Source: Candidatus Omnitrophota bacterium (GTDB lineage Bacteria > Omnitrophota > Gorgyraeia > Zapsychrales > Aceulaceae). From it: a stretch of 64,000 bases of DNA. The notes under the pieces were generated by a model. That model had not been told where the DNA came from. It was given only the letters and a program-made list of their open reading frames with translations, and did not search any database. Shown here piece by piece: positions 1 through 10,346 of the stretch. Both the position numbers and the translations under genes were made by a program. Within the stretch, counting starts at the first letter, position 1, and every line of letters begins with the position of its first letter. The DNA lies in NCBI GenBank assembly GCA_029564765.1, contig JAKQPK010000050.1, forward strand, positions 82,977 through 146,976, written 5' to 3'.

Positions 1-859
1 TTTTCTGACGAATACCGTCTCTTAAAATGTTCTTGAATTCCCTCAACCGCTTAGCTTCCGGTATCATCTCTTGCGCGCGCATTTCGATCGCGATGCCAAG
101 GCCGATAATTCCCAGCGTATTTTCCGTCCCCGCTCGGCGGCCACGTTCTTGATGCCCTCCGCGGATAAACGGACAGAAAGGGATCCCTTTTTTAGAATAT
201 AATGCCGCGATCCCCTTGGGCCCGTAAATTTTGTGGGCGGAAAGGGTCAAAAAATCAACATTCAAGTCTTTCACATCAATGGGGATCTTGCCAACAGCTT
301 GCACAGCATCCGTATGAAAGAATGCGCCAACCTTATGCGCCATCTGAGAGATCGTTCTAACATCCTGGATCGTGCCGATCTCGTTATTAGCCATCATGAC
401 CGAAACGATCGAAACCCCAGGCACGATGGCATGCGACAACTCATCCATCTTGACCTTGCCCTGGTCATCAACACCGATAAAAATAACATCAACGCCTCTG
501 TCCTTAAGGCACTTGGAAGACTCCAGAACGCAAGGATGTTCGATCTGGGTCGTAACGATCCGCGTTTTTCCATCTTTTTTAAAAGGACAGCAATGCTTTG
601 ACGAACAAGCGACCATGTTCAAAACAGTGTTATTCGCTTCAGACCCGCTACCGGCAAAAACGATCTCTTCCGCCTTGGCGCCGATAAAGGACGCGACATT
701 CTCCCTTGCCTGCTCAACAAGCGAAGCGGCTTCGCGCCCAAAGACATGCAAGCTGGATGGATTCCCAAAAGATTCCATCGCCTTTTGCATCGCTTTCTTG
801 ACTTGCGGATGCAGAGGGGTCGTGGCGTTATGATCAAGATAGACTTTTTGTTTCTTCAT
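1..859 (-). CDS. iscS: Cysteine desulfurase (IscS/NifS family), runs off the window edge
   Basis: Read by hand, not in ORF track: MKKQKVYLDHNATTPLHPQV..., with GNPSSLH, HTDAVQ, SAHKIYGPKG (PLP lysine) and RAGTEN motifs; start overlaps the nadA stop. Confidence 0.9.
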   Translation of the reverse strand, partial: MKKQKVYLDHNATTPLHPQVKKAMQKAMESFGNPSSLHVFGREAASLVEQARENVASFIGAKAEEIVFAGSGSEANNTVLNMVACSSKHCCPFKKDGKTRIVTTQIEHPCVLESSKCLKDRGVDVIFIGVDDQGKVKMDELSHAIVPGVSIVSVMMANNEIGTIQDVRTISQMAHKVGAFFHTDAVQAVGKIPIDVKDLNVDFLTLSAHKIYGPKGIAALYSKKGIPFCPFIRGGHQERGRRAGTENTLGIIGLGIAIEMRAQEMIPEAKRLREFKNILRDGIRQK

Positions 860-1793
860 GTTCTTTCTGCGTTAGTTGCGCATCCTTACGAAAGCGTATC
901 ATATTTCCGATAGATCTTTTGGCCCGGTTTATAGTGTCTTGTGGCAAAAGAACTTCATGGACCATATTCTCAAGCGATGTCGCCACCTTAGCCAGTGTTG
1001 TTTTCTTCATATTAGGACAGGAGGCTAAAGATGTCGCTTCATAAAATCTTTTTCCAGGATTTTCAATTTTTAAAGGATAGATCATGCCGACTTCCGTAGC
1101 TACGATAAATTCTTGCGCCTGCGATTCTCGAGCGTAACGCAGCATCCCCGATGTAGACAAAACCGCATCCGCGAGTTTTAGAACAGCCGCGTTGCATTCA
1201 GGATGCGCCATGACACGCGCAGCCGGATGCTCCTTTTTGAGGGCCACAATATGTTCTGGCAAGATCCGTGCGTGCGAGGGGCAATATCCCTGCCAGATAA
1301 TGACATTGCGCCCCGTCTTATGCGCTGCGTAAGATCCCAAATGCTTATCCGGCAAAAAGATAATTTTATCTTGATCGCTAAAAGCGTTCTGGAGCATTTC
1401 AACGGCATTCGCGGACGTACAGCAGTAATCGCACTCAGCCTTGACATCCGCCGAAGTATTAACATAGCAAATGATCTTTGCGTCCGGATGTTGAACGCGC
1501 AGGTCCCTGACCTGCTGCGCGCTGATCATGTCAGCCAAAGGGCAACCCGCGGATGGCTCTGGGATCAGGACTGTTTTTTGAGGAGAAAGGATCTTCGCGG
1601 TCTCTGCCATAAAATAAACCCCGCAAAAAACGATCACATCAGCCTTTGTCTTAGAGGCTTCAATACTTAGGCCTAGAGAATCACCGGTAAAATCCGCAAT
1701 ATCCTGGACCTCTGGCAGCTGATAATTGTGGACCAAAATGACAGCATTGCGCTTCTTTTTGAGCTCTTGTATCTTTCCAACGAAATCATTCAC
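834..1793 (-). CDS. nadA: Quinolinate synthase A
   Basis: HNYQ, FCGVYFMAET, GCPLA, AHPEC, CPNMK (three Fe-S cysteines). Confidence 0.97.
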   Translation of the reverse strand: MNDFVGKIQELKKKRNAVILVHNYQLPEVQDIADFTGDSLGLSIEASKTKADVIVFCGVYFMAETAKILSPQKTVLIPEPSAGCPLADMISAQQVRDLRVQHPDAKIICYVNTSADVKAECDYCCTSANAVEMLQNAFSDQDKIIFLPDKHLGSYAAHKTGRNVIIWQGYCPSHARILPEHIVALKKEHPAARVMAHPECNAAVLKLADAVLSTSGMLRYARESQAQEFIVATEVGMIYPLKIENPGKRFYEATSLASCPNMKKTTLAKVATSLENMVHEVLLPQDTINRAKRSIGNMIRFRKDAQLTQKEHEETKSLS

Positions 1794-1869
1794 TCAACAC
1801 ATCCTTTAGTATCTATTCATTATCTATATATTAAAATAAATGACAAGGATTTTCCTTGCTCCCGCAAGG

Positions 1870-2502
1870 TCATTTTCTTTTTTTCCAAAGAAAATCCTTG
1901 AGATATGACGCCCACTGATCTAAGGCAGCGGAAAGTTTTTCTAAATCCTCCGCGTTCTCAAATGGCGTATCGCTAAGATCCACAATATCCTTTGTGTCCT
2001 CGAAAGTAGCCAGGGCCTTATCTGTGGCCCCGTCCACAACGCTCCCCTCGAACGTAAGCGCCAGCGAAGGTTTTGCGCTACCTTTGATCACCTTCATAAG
2101 AAGCCGCTCCTCTTCCACGACATAGGTCCCTGAAACCTTAAGATCAATAACGAGCAAGTTCTTTTCTTTGAGATCCTTGGCTTTCAGCTCTTCCATATTA
2201 ACATCAATAATACCATCCAAAGGATCAGCAAAGCTGCGGAATATGGCAAAGGCGATCTGCTGCATCGCATCCGCGGAGAATCGGTCTTTGACCAACTCCC
2301 CATCAATGTCATGAACCTTCAGGTGAAGATCTCTTAGGTCAATGTTGCGAAAGAAGACCTCCTCGTACGCTTTCAGATCTGCCTTCGCCTCAACCCAAGA
2401 ACGCTCAAAACCAAAGATCACTGTCTGTTGCGCATAAGCGATGCAAGAAAGCAGCAATCCTGTGGAAAAAGCCGCGTACGCGACTATTCTTGGCCAACGC
2501 AT
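1870..2502 (-). CDS. Exported hypothetical protein (possibly DUF3313-like)
   Basis: N-terminal signal peptide ending AYA; GGAG RBS; C-terminal EGSVVDGATDKALA pattern. Confidence 0.6.
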   Translation of the reverse strand: MRWPRIVAYAAFSTGLLLSCIAYAQQTVIFGFERSWVEAKADLKAYEEVFFRNIDLRDLHLKVHDIDGELVKDRFSADAMQQIAFAIFRSFADPLDGIIDVNMEELKAKDLKEKNLLVIDLKVSGTYVVEEERLLMKVIKGSAKPSLALTFEGSVVDGATDKALATFEDTKDIVDLSDTPFENAEDLEKLSAALDQWASYLKDFLWKKRK

Positions 2503-2526
2503 AATGAACTCCTAAGTTTAATAATG

Positions 2527-2901
2527 TTATGAAAGCTGTTTCTGAACTTTCTCAAGAAGTGCGGAAAACTCAAAGGGTTTCACGATATAATCATTCGCGC
2601 CGTAAAATTCATGCGCTTTATCGATCAAATGTTTTTCCATCGGCTGCGCTGTAAAAACGATCACGGGAATATGTTTCGTTTCATCGTCACAGCGTAGCTC
2701 ATCACAAACTTGATAACCATCCTTATATGGCATCGAAATATCCAGCAAAATAAGGTCTGGTTTTTCTCTTCTTATATCTTCCAGAGAATTTTTTGGGGAT
2801 TGAAAAGTGACAACGGAAAAACCACTTTGCTCAAGCTTCTTTTGCGTGACTTTAAGGATATCCTCTTCATCATCAAAAATAACGATCTTTTTTTTCACCA
2901 T
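2527..2901 (-). CDS. Single-domain response regulator (CheY-like)
   Basis: IFDDE, LLDISMP (phospho-Asp), TA, YIVKPF. Confidence 0.93.
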   Translation of the reverse strand: MVKKKIVIFDDEEDILKVTQKKLEQSGFSVVTFQSPKNSLEDIRREKPDLILLDISMPYKDGYQVCDELRCDDETKHIPVIVFTAQPMEKHLIDKAHEFYGANDYIVKPFEFSALLEKVQKQLS

Positions 2902-2971
2902 ATCATTCCCCTTTTTCTTTTATCCTAAAATAACACGCGTCCTCTATGATGGCAATAAAAATAAGCCTTTG

Positions 2972-5884
2972 TTATATCGAAGAAGTTTGCGCCTTGGGGC
3001 AGATCTGATTATACGCGCAATATTGACACGCCAGATAATCCGGCCGCGCCTCAAAAGAGCCTTGGCGTATGCCTCGCGACGCTTTATCAATGGACTCCAT
3101 GACCCTATCAATATCCTTCTCTGTGACAGCCGCCCGCCCCACAATACCCGTCTCAAGAAAATGCAGCTCCTTTAGATCAGGCAATTTTCCTGTTGCCTTC
3201 TCGTAAGCCACGCTATAGAGGCTTAGCTGTAGATTATCCTTGGTTTTTTTATCTGCATCAGCTTGCTTGCGGATCTCTGATGACTTAAAATCAACGATCG
3301 TTGTAACCCCGTCAATAATATCGATGCGATCCCAGCGTCCTTTGATGCGGCAGGAACCGACCACAAACGAAAATTCTTGCTCGACGAACGCGGGAATGAT
3401 ATTGCGCGCTTCTTGCTGCATAAAAAAATCCTTCAATCCCGTCCGTGCGGCAGCCAGACGAAGTTGGATGTGTTCTTGTGACATGAATCCTTCCTTGCGA
3501 AACGCATTTTCAAAGACCTTGATCACATCTTCGCCTGTCACAGGCCTCAACTGCATCTTGCACTGATGATAATACTGCACCGCGTCATGCAACGCCTTGC
3601 CGTATACAACCGTATGATGCGTCATGATCGGCACGTGAAGAACGTGGACATATTTATATTTCAATGGACATGTTAAATAGTCATCGATCTGATAGTAGCT
3701 CAAAGAAATGATCTTTTCATCAGCGATCTTGCCAGCAACTGGCAATGGCGCCGAAACCGGTGGCGCATTTCGCTCGATCGCTTGCAGCGCGGAAGCTTTC
3801 AACACCTCTTGCGTGCGTTGTTCCGCCACCGCCTCTTTAACGAAGCGGCTGACCTTGCGAGGCTGCTTTGTCCCATAATCGACAGCGGAGGTTAGGTACA
3901 ATTCTTTTTTTGCGCGTGTCATCGCCACATAAAAAAGCCTTCGCTCTTCCTGTAAATGAAAATCTCCTAACGGCAAAACATCCTTGATCAACGCCTCCGC
4001 AAGCTCAATGGGTTCGCTGCGCCTAGGCCATGGAAATTTTGTCTCCACCAGGCTCACCAGGAAAACAACCGCAAATTCCAACCCCTTAGCTTTATGGATG
4101 GTCATGACGTTCACGGCAGGCGTATCAAGTTCGGCTTGCGCAACAGCAGGGTCATCACCTGCGTCCATGAGCATTTCAAGATAATGAATGAAATAAAGCA
4201 CTCGGTCTTCATTCGTCGCATATTCAAAATTGCGAACTATATCGAAGAATTTTGCTAAATTACACAAGGTGGCCTCATTAGCTGCTGTTTGATCCTGGGC
4301 AAGGCGTGCCAGCCATCCGCTCTCCGCTAAAAAGGCATACAGCAATCGCCCGGTCGCATAATCCTTGGCCCAGGTAACATATTTGAGGATGTCCGCGATC
4401 AGCTTATCTTTTGCAGCGATAAAACTTTCAGAAAAATTCTGCTCCTCCAAGGCCTGCGCGTTCTGCAGCGTAAAAAACAGATCCCACTGTTTGCGTTTGG
4501 CTAAATGTAAAAGTTGCGTCAGCTCAACAACAGGAAGATCGTATAACGATGATGTGGCCAGGTAAAAAAGACTTAAGGAATCCGAAGGATCTGCACTCAC
4601 GCGCAAAAACGAAATGCACAATCGAACCTCCGCGCGCGTATAAAGCCCTTGGTTGCCGCTAAATTGCCATGGGATCCCGCGCATATTAAGCGCCCGGATA
4701 AAAGGATCCGCGCTCGAATTTGACCGGACAAGGATCGCAAAATCTTTATAGGTATAAGCTCCCTCTTGCACCTTATTCTGTATAAACTCCGCCACCCAAT
4801 CGCTTTCCGATGCCAACGTATCAAAATGTACATGCTCCGGGCTTTTACCATCTTTTTCGAGCGCGACAAGACGCTTGTTGATCTTAGCGCGGACCTCAAA
4901 TCGGTCTGGATTATTATTTTGGATCAGCTGGTAAGCCGCGTCCAAGATTGGTTGGGCTGACCGATAATTACGCGTTAACGCGATCTTTTCAGTGTGTGGA
5001 TAGCGCTCCATAAAATTTAAAATATTGCTAATAGCCGCTCCTCGCCACTTGTAGATCGACTGGTCATCATCCGCGACCACTGTAAGATTAGAATGTTGCC
5101 CTGCCAATAAGGTCACAAGCTCAAATTGCGCATAATTGGTATCTTGAAATTCATCGACCAAGATATACTGGAATTGCTGCTGGTAACGCTTTAAAACTGC
5201 CGGATGTTCACGCAAAAGCTTTAATGCCAAGAAAAATTGATTGGCAAAATCGATCTTTCCCTCTTTAAGCAAAAGCTCTTGATAGCGCAAATAACATTGT
5301 GCTAACTCATGATGACGCTGAGCCTCTTCGGATAAAGCGGCATCAGATGGATCTTGGCTCGCTTGCTGCTTGAGGGTTTGCGCGTAAGCAATGTATTCCT
5401 GCGGTGAAACATCTTCATCACGGGCACGGGAAAAAAGACCGATCATCGCATCCACGAATTTGGTAGGGTTGCTTAACGGCCTGTAATGCTGTAATGAAAA
5501 TTTAAAAAGATTTTCCCGAAAGAAAACAGCTGCCTGCGGGCGTGTCAACACCTTAAAGCTTGGATCGATCCCCATTTCCAGCGCGTTCTCGCGCAAGATA
5601 CGGTCCCCAAAAGAATGAAAGGTCGAGATCCAGGTGTCGGTAAAGCCGTAAGGCACCAGGATGTCAACTTTTTCTTGCATTTGATAAGCAGCTTTATCCG
5701 TGAAAGTCAAAGCCAGGATCCTGCTTGGCTGTACATGGCGCTCAACGATCAAATGAGCGATCCTTTGCGTAATGACCGTGGTCTTTCCTGTACCGGCACC
5801 GGCAATGATCAGCAAGGGACCCTGCTCGTGCAAAACAGCTTTTTGCTGCTCAGGGTTGAGGGGTAACGATGAAAGGTTTGACAA
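2972..5884 (-). CDS. UvrD/PcrA-family helicase fused to a C-terminal PD-(D/E)xK nuclease
   Basis: AGAGTGKT, LVDEFQD, NYRS, TIHKAKGLEF, EERRLFYVAMTRAK; C-terminal CPLKY..GRWDRID..VDFKS..CQYC..C. Confidence 0.93.
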   Translation of the reverse strand: MSNLSSLPLNPEQQKAVLHEQGPLLIIAGAGTGKTTVITQRIAHLIVERHVQPSRILALTFTDKAAYQMQEKVDILVPYGFTDTWISTFHSFGDRILRENALEMGIDPSFKVLTRPQAAVFFRENLFKFSLQHYRPLSNPTKFVDAMIGLFSRARDEDVSPQEYIAYAQTLKQQASQDPSDAALSEEAQRHHELAQCYLRYQELLLKEGKIDFANQFFLALKLLREHPAVLKRYQQQFQYILVDEFQDTNYAQFELVTLLAGQHSNLTVVADDDQSIYKWRGAAISNILNFMERYPHTEKIALTRNYRSAQPILDAAYQLIQNNNPDRFEVRAKINKRLVALEKDGKSPEHVHFDTLASESDWVAEFIQNKVQEGAYTYKDFAILVRSNSSADPFIRALNMRGIPWQFSGNQGLYTRAEVRLCISFLRVSADPSDSLSLFYLATSSLYDLPVVELTQLLHLAKRKQWDLFFTLQNAQALEEQNFSESFIAAKDKLIADILKYVTWAKDYATGRLLYAFLAESGWLARLAQDQTAANEATLCNLAKFFDIVRNFEYATNEDRVLYFIHYLEMLMDAGDDPAVAQAELDTPAVNVMTIHKAKGLEFAVVFLVSLVETKFPWPRRSEPIELAEALIKDVLPLGDFHLQEERRLFYVAMTRAKKELYLTSAVDYGTKQPRKVSRFVKEAVAEQRTQEVLKASALQAIERNAPPVSAPLPVAGKIADEKIISLSYYQIDDYLTCPLKYKYVHVLHVPIMTHHTVVYGKALHDAVQYYHQCKMQLRPVTGEDVIKVFENAFRKEGFMSQEHIQLRLAAARTGLKDFFMQQEARNIIPAFVEQEFSFVVGSCRIKGRWDRIDIIDGVTTIVDFKSSEIRKQADADKKTKDNLQLSLYSVAYEKATGKLPDLKELHFLETGIVGRAAVTEKDIDRVMESIDKASRGIRQGSFEARPDYLACQYCAYNQICPKAQTSSI

Positions 5885-5886
5885 TC

Positions 5887-6075
5887 TTACGGCCGTTTTA
5901 CAGGTTTCTTGAATTTATTTAAGATCCCGCATTCGTATTTGCACGCGATCTCTGGATACGCCCCCTGAAAAGACGCGGTGCATTGGCTCATGCATTCTTG
6001 ACGCATCGCGATCAGCTTGATGAGCGCCGTTAAAACGATCACAATAATGAGAGCCCATAATAATTTTCGCTTCAT
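5887..6075 (-). CDS. Small membrane-anchored Cys-containing protein
   Basis: GGAG RBS, N-terminal TM helix, CxxxC...CxxxC. Confidence 0.6.
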   Translation of the reverse strand: MKRKLLWALIIVIVLTALIKLIAMRQECMSQCTASFQGAYPEIACKYECGILNKFKKPVKRP

Positions 6076-6248
6076 GTTGCGACTCCGTTTCTATTATAAT
6101 TTTAAATTTAGTTCCTATTATACCAAAATCATAAATTCTTTATCGAAAAATCATTGGACGACAGAAATTTAAGCAAATGATCCTGCTTAATAATAAATAC
6201 TTATTACCTACGCTTCTCGCACCTGCAAGATGCCAAGGAATTCCTTGC

Positions 6249-6276
6249 TTGACAAAGCATGGATTTTTAGTATACT
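6249..6276 (+). promoter_or_regulatory. Sigma70-like promoter for rpmB
   Basis: TTGACA-16 nt-TATACT, 25 nt upstream of the ATG. Confidence 0.7.
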
Positions 6277-6300
6277 TCTTTTCATCATTTGGAGACATTT

Positions 6301-6525
6301 ATGAAAGTATGCGAAATTTGCGGAAAATCCGCAGCCCCGGGAATTAAATACAAAAGACGTGGTATGGCTGTCCGAAAAGGCGGCGCTGGTCAGAAGATCG
6401 TCGGAAAAACGTTCCGAAGATTCTTGCCCAATCTTCAAAAGATCCGCATCGTTGTAAAAGGACGGATCAAAAGAGCCAATGTCTGTGTCGGCTGTATTAA
6501 ATCCGGTAAGATCACAAAAGCCTAG
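6301..6525 (+). CDS. rpmB: 50S ribosomal protein L28
   Basis: MKVCEICGK...RRFLPNLQ...VCVGCIKSG; GGAG RBS before ATG 6301. Confidence 0.95.
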   Translation: MKVCEICGKSAAPGIKYKRRGMAVRKGGAGQKIVGKTFRRFLPNLQKIRIVVKGRIKRANVCVGCIKSGKITKA

Positions 6526-8216
6526 ATCATCTCTCCCGGCTTAATATCCTTTAGCTCTAATTGCACGGTGGGTTCTTTATTCCAATCGTCGATCGATATC
6601 GTATACGCGATGTCGATCGGTTTACCTTGTGCTACGAGCGGCTGATAAGCCCCCATACCAAAACCTACAGCGGAAATAACAGTTTTCTTGTCCGTGACCC
6701 AAAACTTTAGTGTATCCCTGCCCAAAACGACCGGTGGACTTTTGACGATCAAGTTGCGCGAACAAAACAACGGTTCAGGGTTACCTTCCCCAAAAGGATA
6801 AAGACGATTAACGATCTTGACCAAGTCCAGACTGACGCTGTGCAAAGGGATCTCGCAATCGATAGATAAGCTTGGCTTAAGGTCTTCGTCACTTAACTCA
6901 TCACACGCGATCTGGTTCATTTTCTGGCGAAACGCCTCAATATTCTGTTCGCGGATCGTCAGGCCTGCTGCATGCTCATGCCCACCAAAATCCTCTAACA
7001 AATGCGCGCATCGTGACAACGCGTCAAAAAGATGAAAACCCTCAATGGAGCGAGCTGACCCCGTAGCTATACCATCTTCGATCGACAAGACGATGGACGG
7101 CCGATAATAGGTGTCCATCAGACGTGATGCCACGATCCCTACGACCCCTCTATGCCAGCCGCAAGCCCCCACAACGATCACTCGATCTTTCTTAAAGTTA
7201 ACCTCTTGCTCAACCTTGTGCAAGGCCTCATCAATGATCGCGCTTTGTGTTTCTTGTCTTTGGCGATTATGGGCTTCAAGGGTTGCGGCGATCTCCTCGG
7301 CCTCAGCCTGGTCCTGTGCCATTAAGAGGCGTAAAGATTTTTCCGCGGAATCAATACGCCCCATCGCGTTGATGCGAGGGCCTAAAATAAAACCTACATG
7401 TTTAGGTGTTAATTTCTTCCCCTTGATCCGCGCGGTCTTGATCAAAGCCTGAAGGCCAAAATTCTTTGTTTTTTCGATCCGTGGCAAGCCTTCTTTGACC
7501 AAGATCCGATTCTCCCCATGCAAAGGCACAACATCCGCAATGGTTCCAAGGGCAACAAGATCTAAATCCTGCTGATAATCCTTACCCAAAAGGGCTTGCG
7601 CTAATTTAAAAGCAAGCGCGACAGCCGCTAAACTGCCAAAAGGATACAGGCAGTCTTTGCGCTTGGGGTCGATCACGGCAACGGCTTGGGGGGTCTTCTC
7701 TGATAAGGGCTCGTGATGATCAACAACGATCACATCAATCCCCTCCTGGCGTAATGTTTCGACCTCAGATACCGCGCTGATGCCGCAATCAACCGCCACA
7801 AGAAGACGAACGCCCTGTTCTTTAGCTTCTTTGGCGATCGTATGATTTAAGCCGTAACCGTCCTTGAGCCGATGCGGGATATGATTGACAACATCCAGGC
7901 CAAATTGCTGAAAGGCTCGTGCCAGAACAGCGGATGAGGTCACGCCATCCACATCATAATCTCCAAAGATCATGACCTTTTCTTTGTTCACGCGCGCAAC
8001 TTTAAGCCGCGCAACAGCCTTGTCCATGTCTTTGAGCAAAAATGGGTCATGCAAAGAAGCAAAATTCCCATCAAGAAAATCACGAGCCTCATCAGCCGTC
8101 GAGACTTGCCGATTTACCAGAAGCTGGGCAACGATCGGATGGATCTTCAGTTCATTACTTAAAGCGACTTGAAGCTGCGGGTGCGGGGTCTTGATGATCC
8201 ACTTGCGGGAAACCAT
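6522..8216 (-). CDS. recJ: ssDNA-specific exonuclease RecJ
   Basis: GDYDVDG, VDCG, DHH, GTIADV, GPRINA, GSARS, GGH; start moved to MVSRKW (ATG overlaps argS stop). Confidence 0.96.
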   Translation of the reverse strand: MVSRKWIIKTPHPQLQVALSNELKIHPIVAQLLVNRQVSTADEARDFLDGNFASLHDPFLLKDMDKAVARLKVARVNKEKVMIFGDYDVDGVTSSAVLARAFQQFGLDVVNHIPHRLKDGYGLNHTIAKEAKEQGVRLLVAVDCGISAVSEVETLRQEGIDVIVVDHHEPLSEKTPQAVAVIDPKRKDCLYPFGSLAAVALAFKLAQALLGKDYQQDLDLVALGTIADVVPLHGENRILVKEGLPRIEKTKNFGLQALIKTARIKGKKLTPKHVGFILGPRINAMGRIDSAEKSLRLLMAQDQAEAEEIAATLEAHNRQRQETQSAIIDEALHKVEQEVNFKKDRVIVVGACGWHRGVVGIVASRLMDTYYRPSIVLSIEDGIATGSARSIEGFHLFDALSRCAHLLEDFGGHEHAAGLTIREQNIEAFRQKMNQIACDELSDEDLKPSLSIDCEIPLHSVSLDLVKIVNRLYPFGEGNPEPLFCSRNLIVKSPPVVLGRDTLKFWVTDKKTVISAVGFGMGAYQPLVAQGKPIDIAYTISIDDWNKEPTVQLELKDIKPGEMI

Positions 8217-9892
8217 TACATTCTTTCGGGAACGGTAACGCCAAGCAGGGTCAGACCATTGGCAAAAACGATCTTGGCGGCCGCGACAAGGGCTAATCGC
8301 TGGGAAGAAAGCCCTGCATCCTCGCTGATGACTTTGTGCGCGTCGTAAAAACGATGGAACGACGCCGCCAGATCCGTCAAGTAAGCCAATAACGCGTAAG
8401 GGTCGATCTGATGCAAGCACATCGATAGCGCGTCCTCAAAAGAAGCCATTTTTTTGATCAGATCCATTTCTTCCTCTTGGGTCAATAAGCTAAAATTCTC
8501 AACAGCGGATACGATCTTGGCTTCTTTCGCCTTAACAAAAATGCTGTTGATGCGGGCGTGGGCGTATTGAATATAGAAAACAGGATTTTCCGGGCTTTGT
8601 TCTTTGGCCAACTCCAGATCAAAATCTAAATGCGCGTCTGTGTGCCGCATCAAGAAAAAAACACGGGCCGCGTCTGATCCTACTTCGTCAATGACCTCGC
8701 GCAGGCTGACAAATTCCCCTTTACGCGTGGACATTGAGACCGGTTCGCCCTTGCGATACAAAGTCGCCAACTGAACGATAATAACATCCAATTGTTTAGG
8801 GTCATATCCTAAGGCCTGAACAGCGGCCTTCAGGCGCGAAATATACCCATGATGATCCGGGCCTAAAATATCAATGACCCAGTCAAATTTTCGGTCAAAT
8901 TTATTCTTATGATAAGCAATATCCGGGGCGAGATAAGTATAATGACCATCAGATTTCTTAACAACACGATCTTTGTCGTCTCCTAACGCGGTTGTCTTAA
9001 ACCACATCGCGCCATCCTGCGGATAAATATACCCCCGATCGGAAATGACCTTCAGTGCCGCATCGATCGTTTCATTGGTCGCGACCTTAGCTTGTGAGGT
9101 CCAGATGTCAAACTGAACACCAAAATCTTTTAAGTCCTGACGGATCAGCCCCATTAAATATTCTACGGAGAAACTCTCAAATGATCTATCGGCCAGCACA
9201 CTTAAGGCGTCCATATCCGTGATCTTGTTATCCGCGAGAAAGCTTTTGGCCATCTCTTTGATGTATCCACCCTGATAATGATCCTCTGGAAATTCGATAG
9301 TCGCGCCCAATATTTCTTGGGCGCGCAGCTTGACCGAGCGTCCCAAAATACGGATCTGATTGCCTTCATCGTTGATGTAGTATTCCTTGGTGACCTGAAA
9401 ACCTAGAAAGGCGAGGATATTGCCTAGGGCATCACCAACAGCCGCCTGGCGGGCATGCGCCACTGTTAATGGTCCCGTAGGGTTCGCAGAGACAAACTCA
9501 ATGACGACTTTTTTCTTTTGGCTGTCAGAACCCCGGCCAAAATCTTCTTTTGTTTCCAAGATCTCTTTGACAACAGAGAAAAAAGCACCTGAGGCAAGAT
9601 AAAAATTGATAAATCCAGGATTTTTAATCTCTATCTTCTCAACGCAAGCGCCGATCATGGATCGCGCGAGTTGACGGTCGATAGAGACACGTATATCCTC
9701 TGCGATCTGCATCGGGTTTTTTTTAAGCACGCGCGCCAAACGCAGCGCAAGGCTGCAAGAAAAATCACCGTGGGATCTCTCTTTGGTCTTTTCAAGTTCT
9801 GCTGGGGGAATTTCTGAGCAAACATCCTGTAGGAGCTCCTGAACGGATGCTTGGACTGCTTCTTCGAGTTGACGTCTTAGAATGGACAGCAT
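8216..9892 (-). CDS. argS: Arginine--tRNA ligase
   Basis: EFVSANPTGPL.V.HAR, YYINDEG, MSTRKG, YIQYAHAR. Confidence 0.97.
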   Translation of the reverse strand: MLSILRRQLEEAVQASVQELLQDVCSEIPPAELEKTKERSHGDFSCSLALRLARVLKKNPMQIAEDIRVSIDRQLARSMIGACVEKIEIKNPGFINFYLASGAFFSVVKEILETKEDFGRGSDSQKKKVVIEFVSANPTGPLTVAHARQAAVGDALGNILAFLGFQVTKEYYINDEGNQIRILGRSVKLRAQEILGATIEFPEDHYQGGYIKEMAKSFLADNKITDMDALSVLADRSFESFSVEYLMGLIRQDLKDFGVQFDIWTSQAKVATNETIDAALKVISDRGYIYPQDGAMWFKTTALGDDKDRVVKKSDGHYTYLAPDIAYHKNKFDRKFDWVIDILGPDHHGYISRLKAAVQALGYDPKQLDVIIVQLATLYRKGEPVSMSTRKGEFVSLREVIDEVGSDAARVFFLMRHTDAHLDFDLELAKEQSPENPVFYIQYAHARINSIFVKAKEAKIVSAVENFSLLTQEEEMDLIKKMASFEDALSMCLHQIDPYALLAYLTDLAASFHRFYDAHKVISEDAGLSSQRLALVAAAKIVFANGLTLLGVTVPERM

Positions 9893-9901
9893 GATCAGAG
9901 A

Positions 9902-10285
9902 TTATGTTGCTACGTTAACGACTTTGCCGCCCTGCCAGAGATATTCCAGGCCGTAAAACTCTCGACATGACTTCTCAAATGTGTGGATCACAATATCACC
10001 GGTATCCACAATGACCCACTTGCCTTCACGGTATCCTTGAACATTGCCAGGACTTAAGCCTGCATCGCGCAAGCCGTCCTGGACACCGTCAGCGATCGCC
10101 CGGACCTGGCGGTCAGACGTTCCAGAGCAAATAACAAAATAATCGCAGAAATTCGCAAGCTTGCGAATATCAAGAACGACAAGATTTTCGGCCTTCTTGT
10201 CCAGAACGAGTTTTGCAATAAGCTTAATTGTTTTCTTTGCAGTTTGTTGGGATTGCTGCGCAATAGAAGATGATGTCTTAGCCAA
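9902..10285 (-). CDS. rsfS: Ribosome silencing factor (Iojap)
   Basis: DKKAENLVVLD, DYFVICSG, WVIVD.GDIVIH.F..REFY.LE.LW. Confidence 0.93.
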   Translation of the reverse strand: MAKTSSSIAQQSQQTAKKTIKLIAKLVLDKKAENLVVLDIRKLANFCDYFVICSGTSDRQVRAIADGVQDGLRDAGLSPGNVQGYREGKWVIVDTGDIVIHTFEKSCREFYGLEYLWQGGKVVNVAT

Positions 10286-10346
10286 TTTCTCTAGTTATCT
10301 TTCGCTGAGAATGGTTGTTAGGTCAACGTTAAGGTCTTTGGGGCCG

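Noticed and set aside
233-837. Track ORFs 233-601, 372-833 and 619-837
   Set aside because: These are shadows of the cysteine desulfurase gene, which runs off the window edge.
3000-3720. Cas4 or defence-system nuclease
   Set aside because: It is the fused C-terminal domain of a UvrD helicase in a housekeeping context, with no cas or defence neighbours.
8217-8420. N-terminal extension of recJ (similarly trmD, tgt, ruvB, trpG, cdsA, uppS, M16 peptidase)
   Set aside because: Longest-ORF artefacts, mostly overlapping the upstream gene; downstream ATGs fit the family N-termini.
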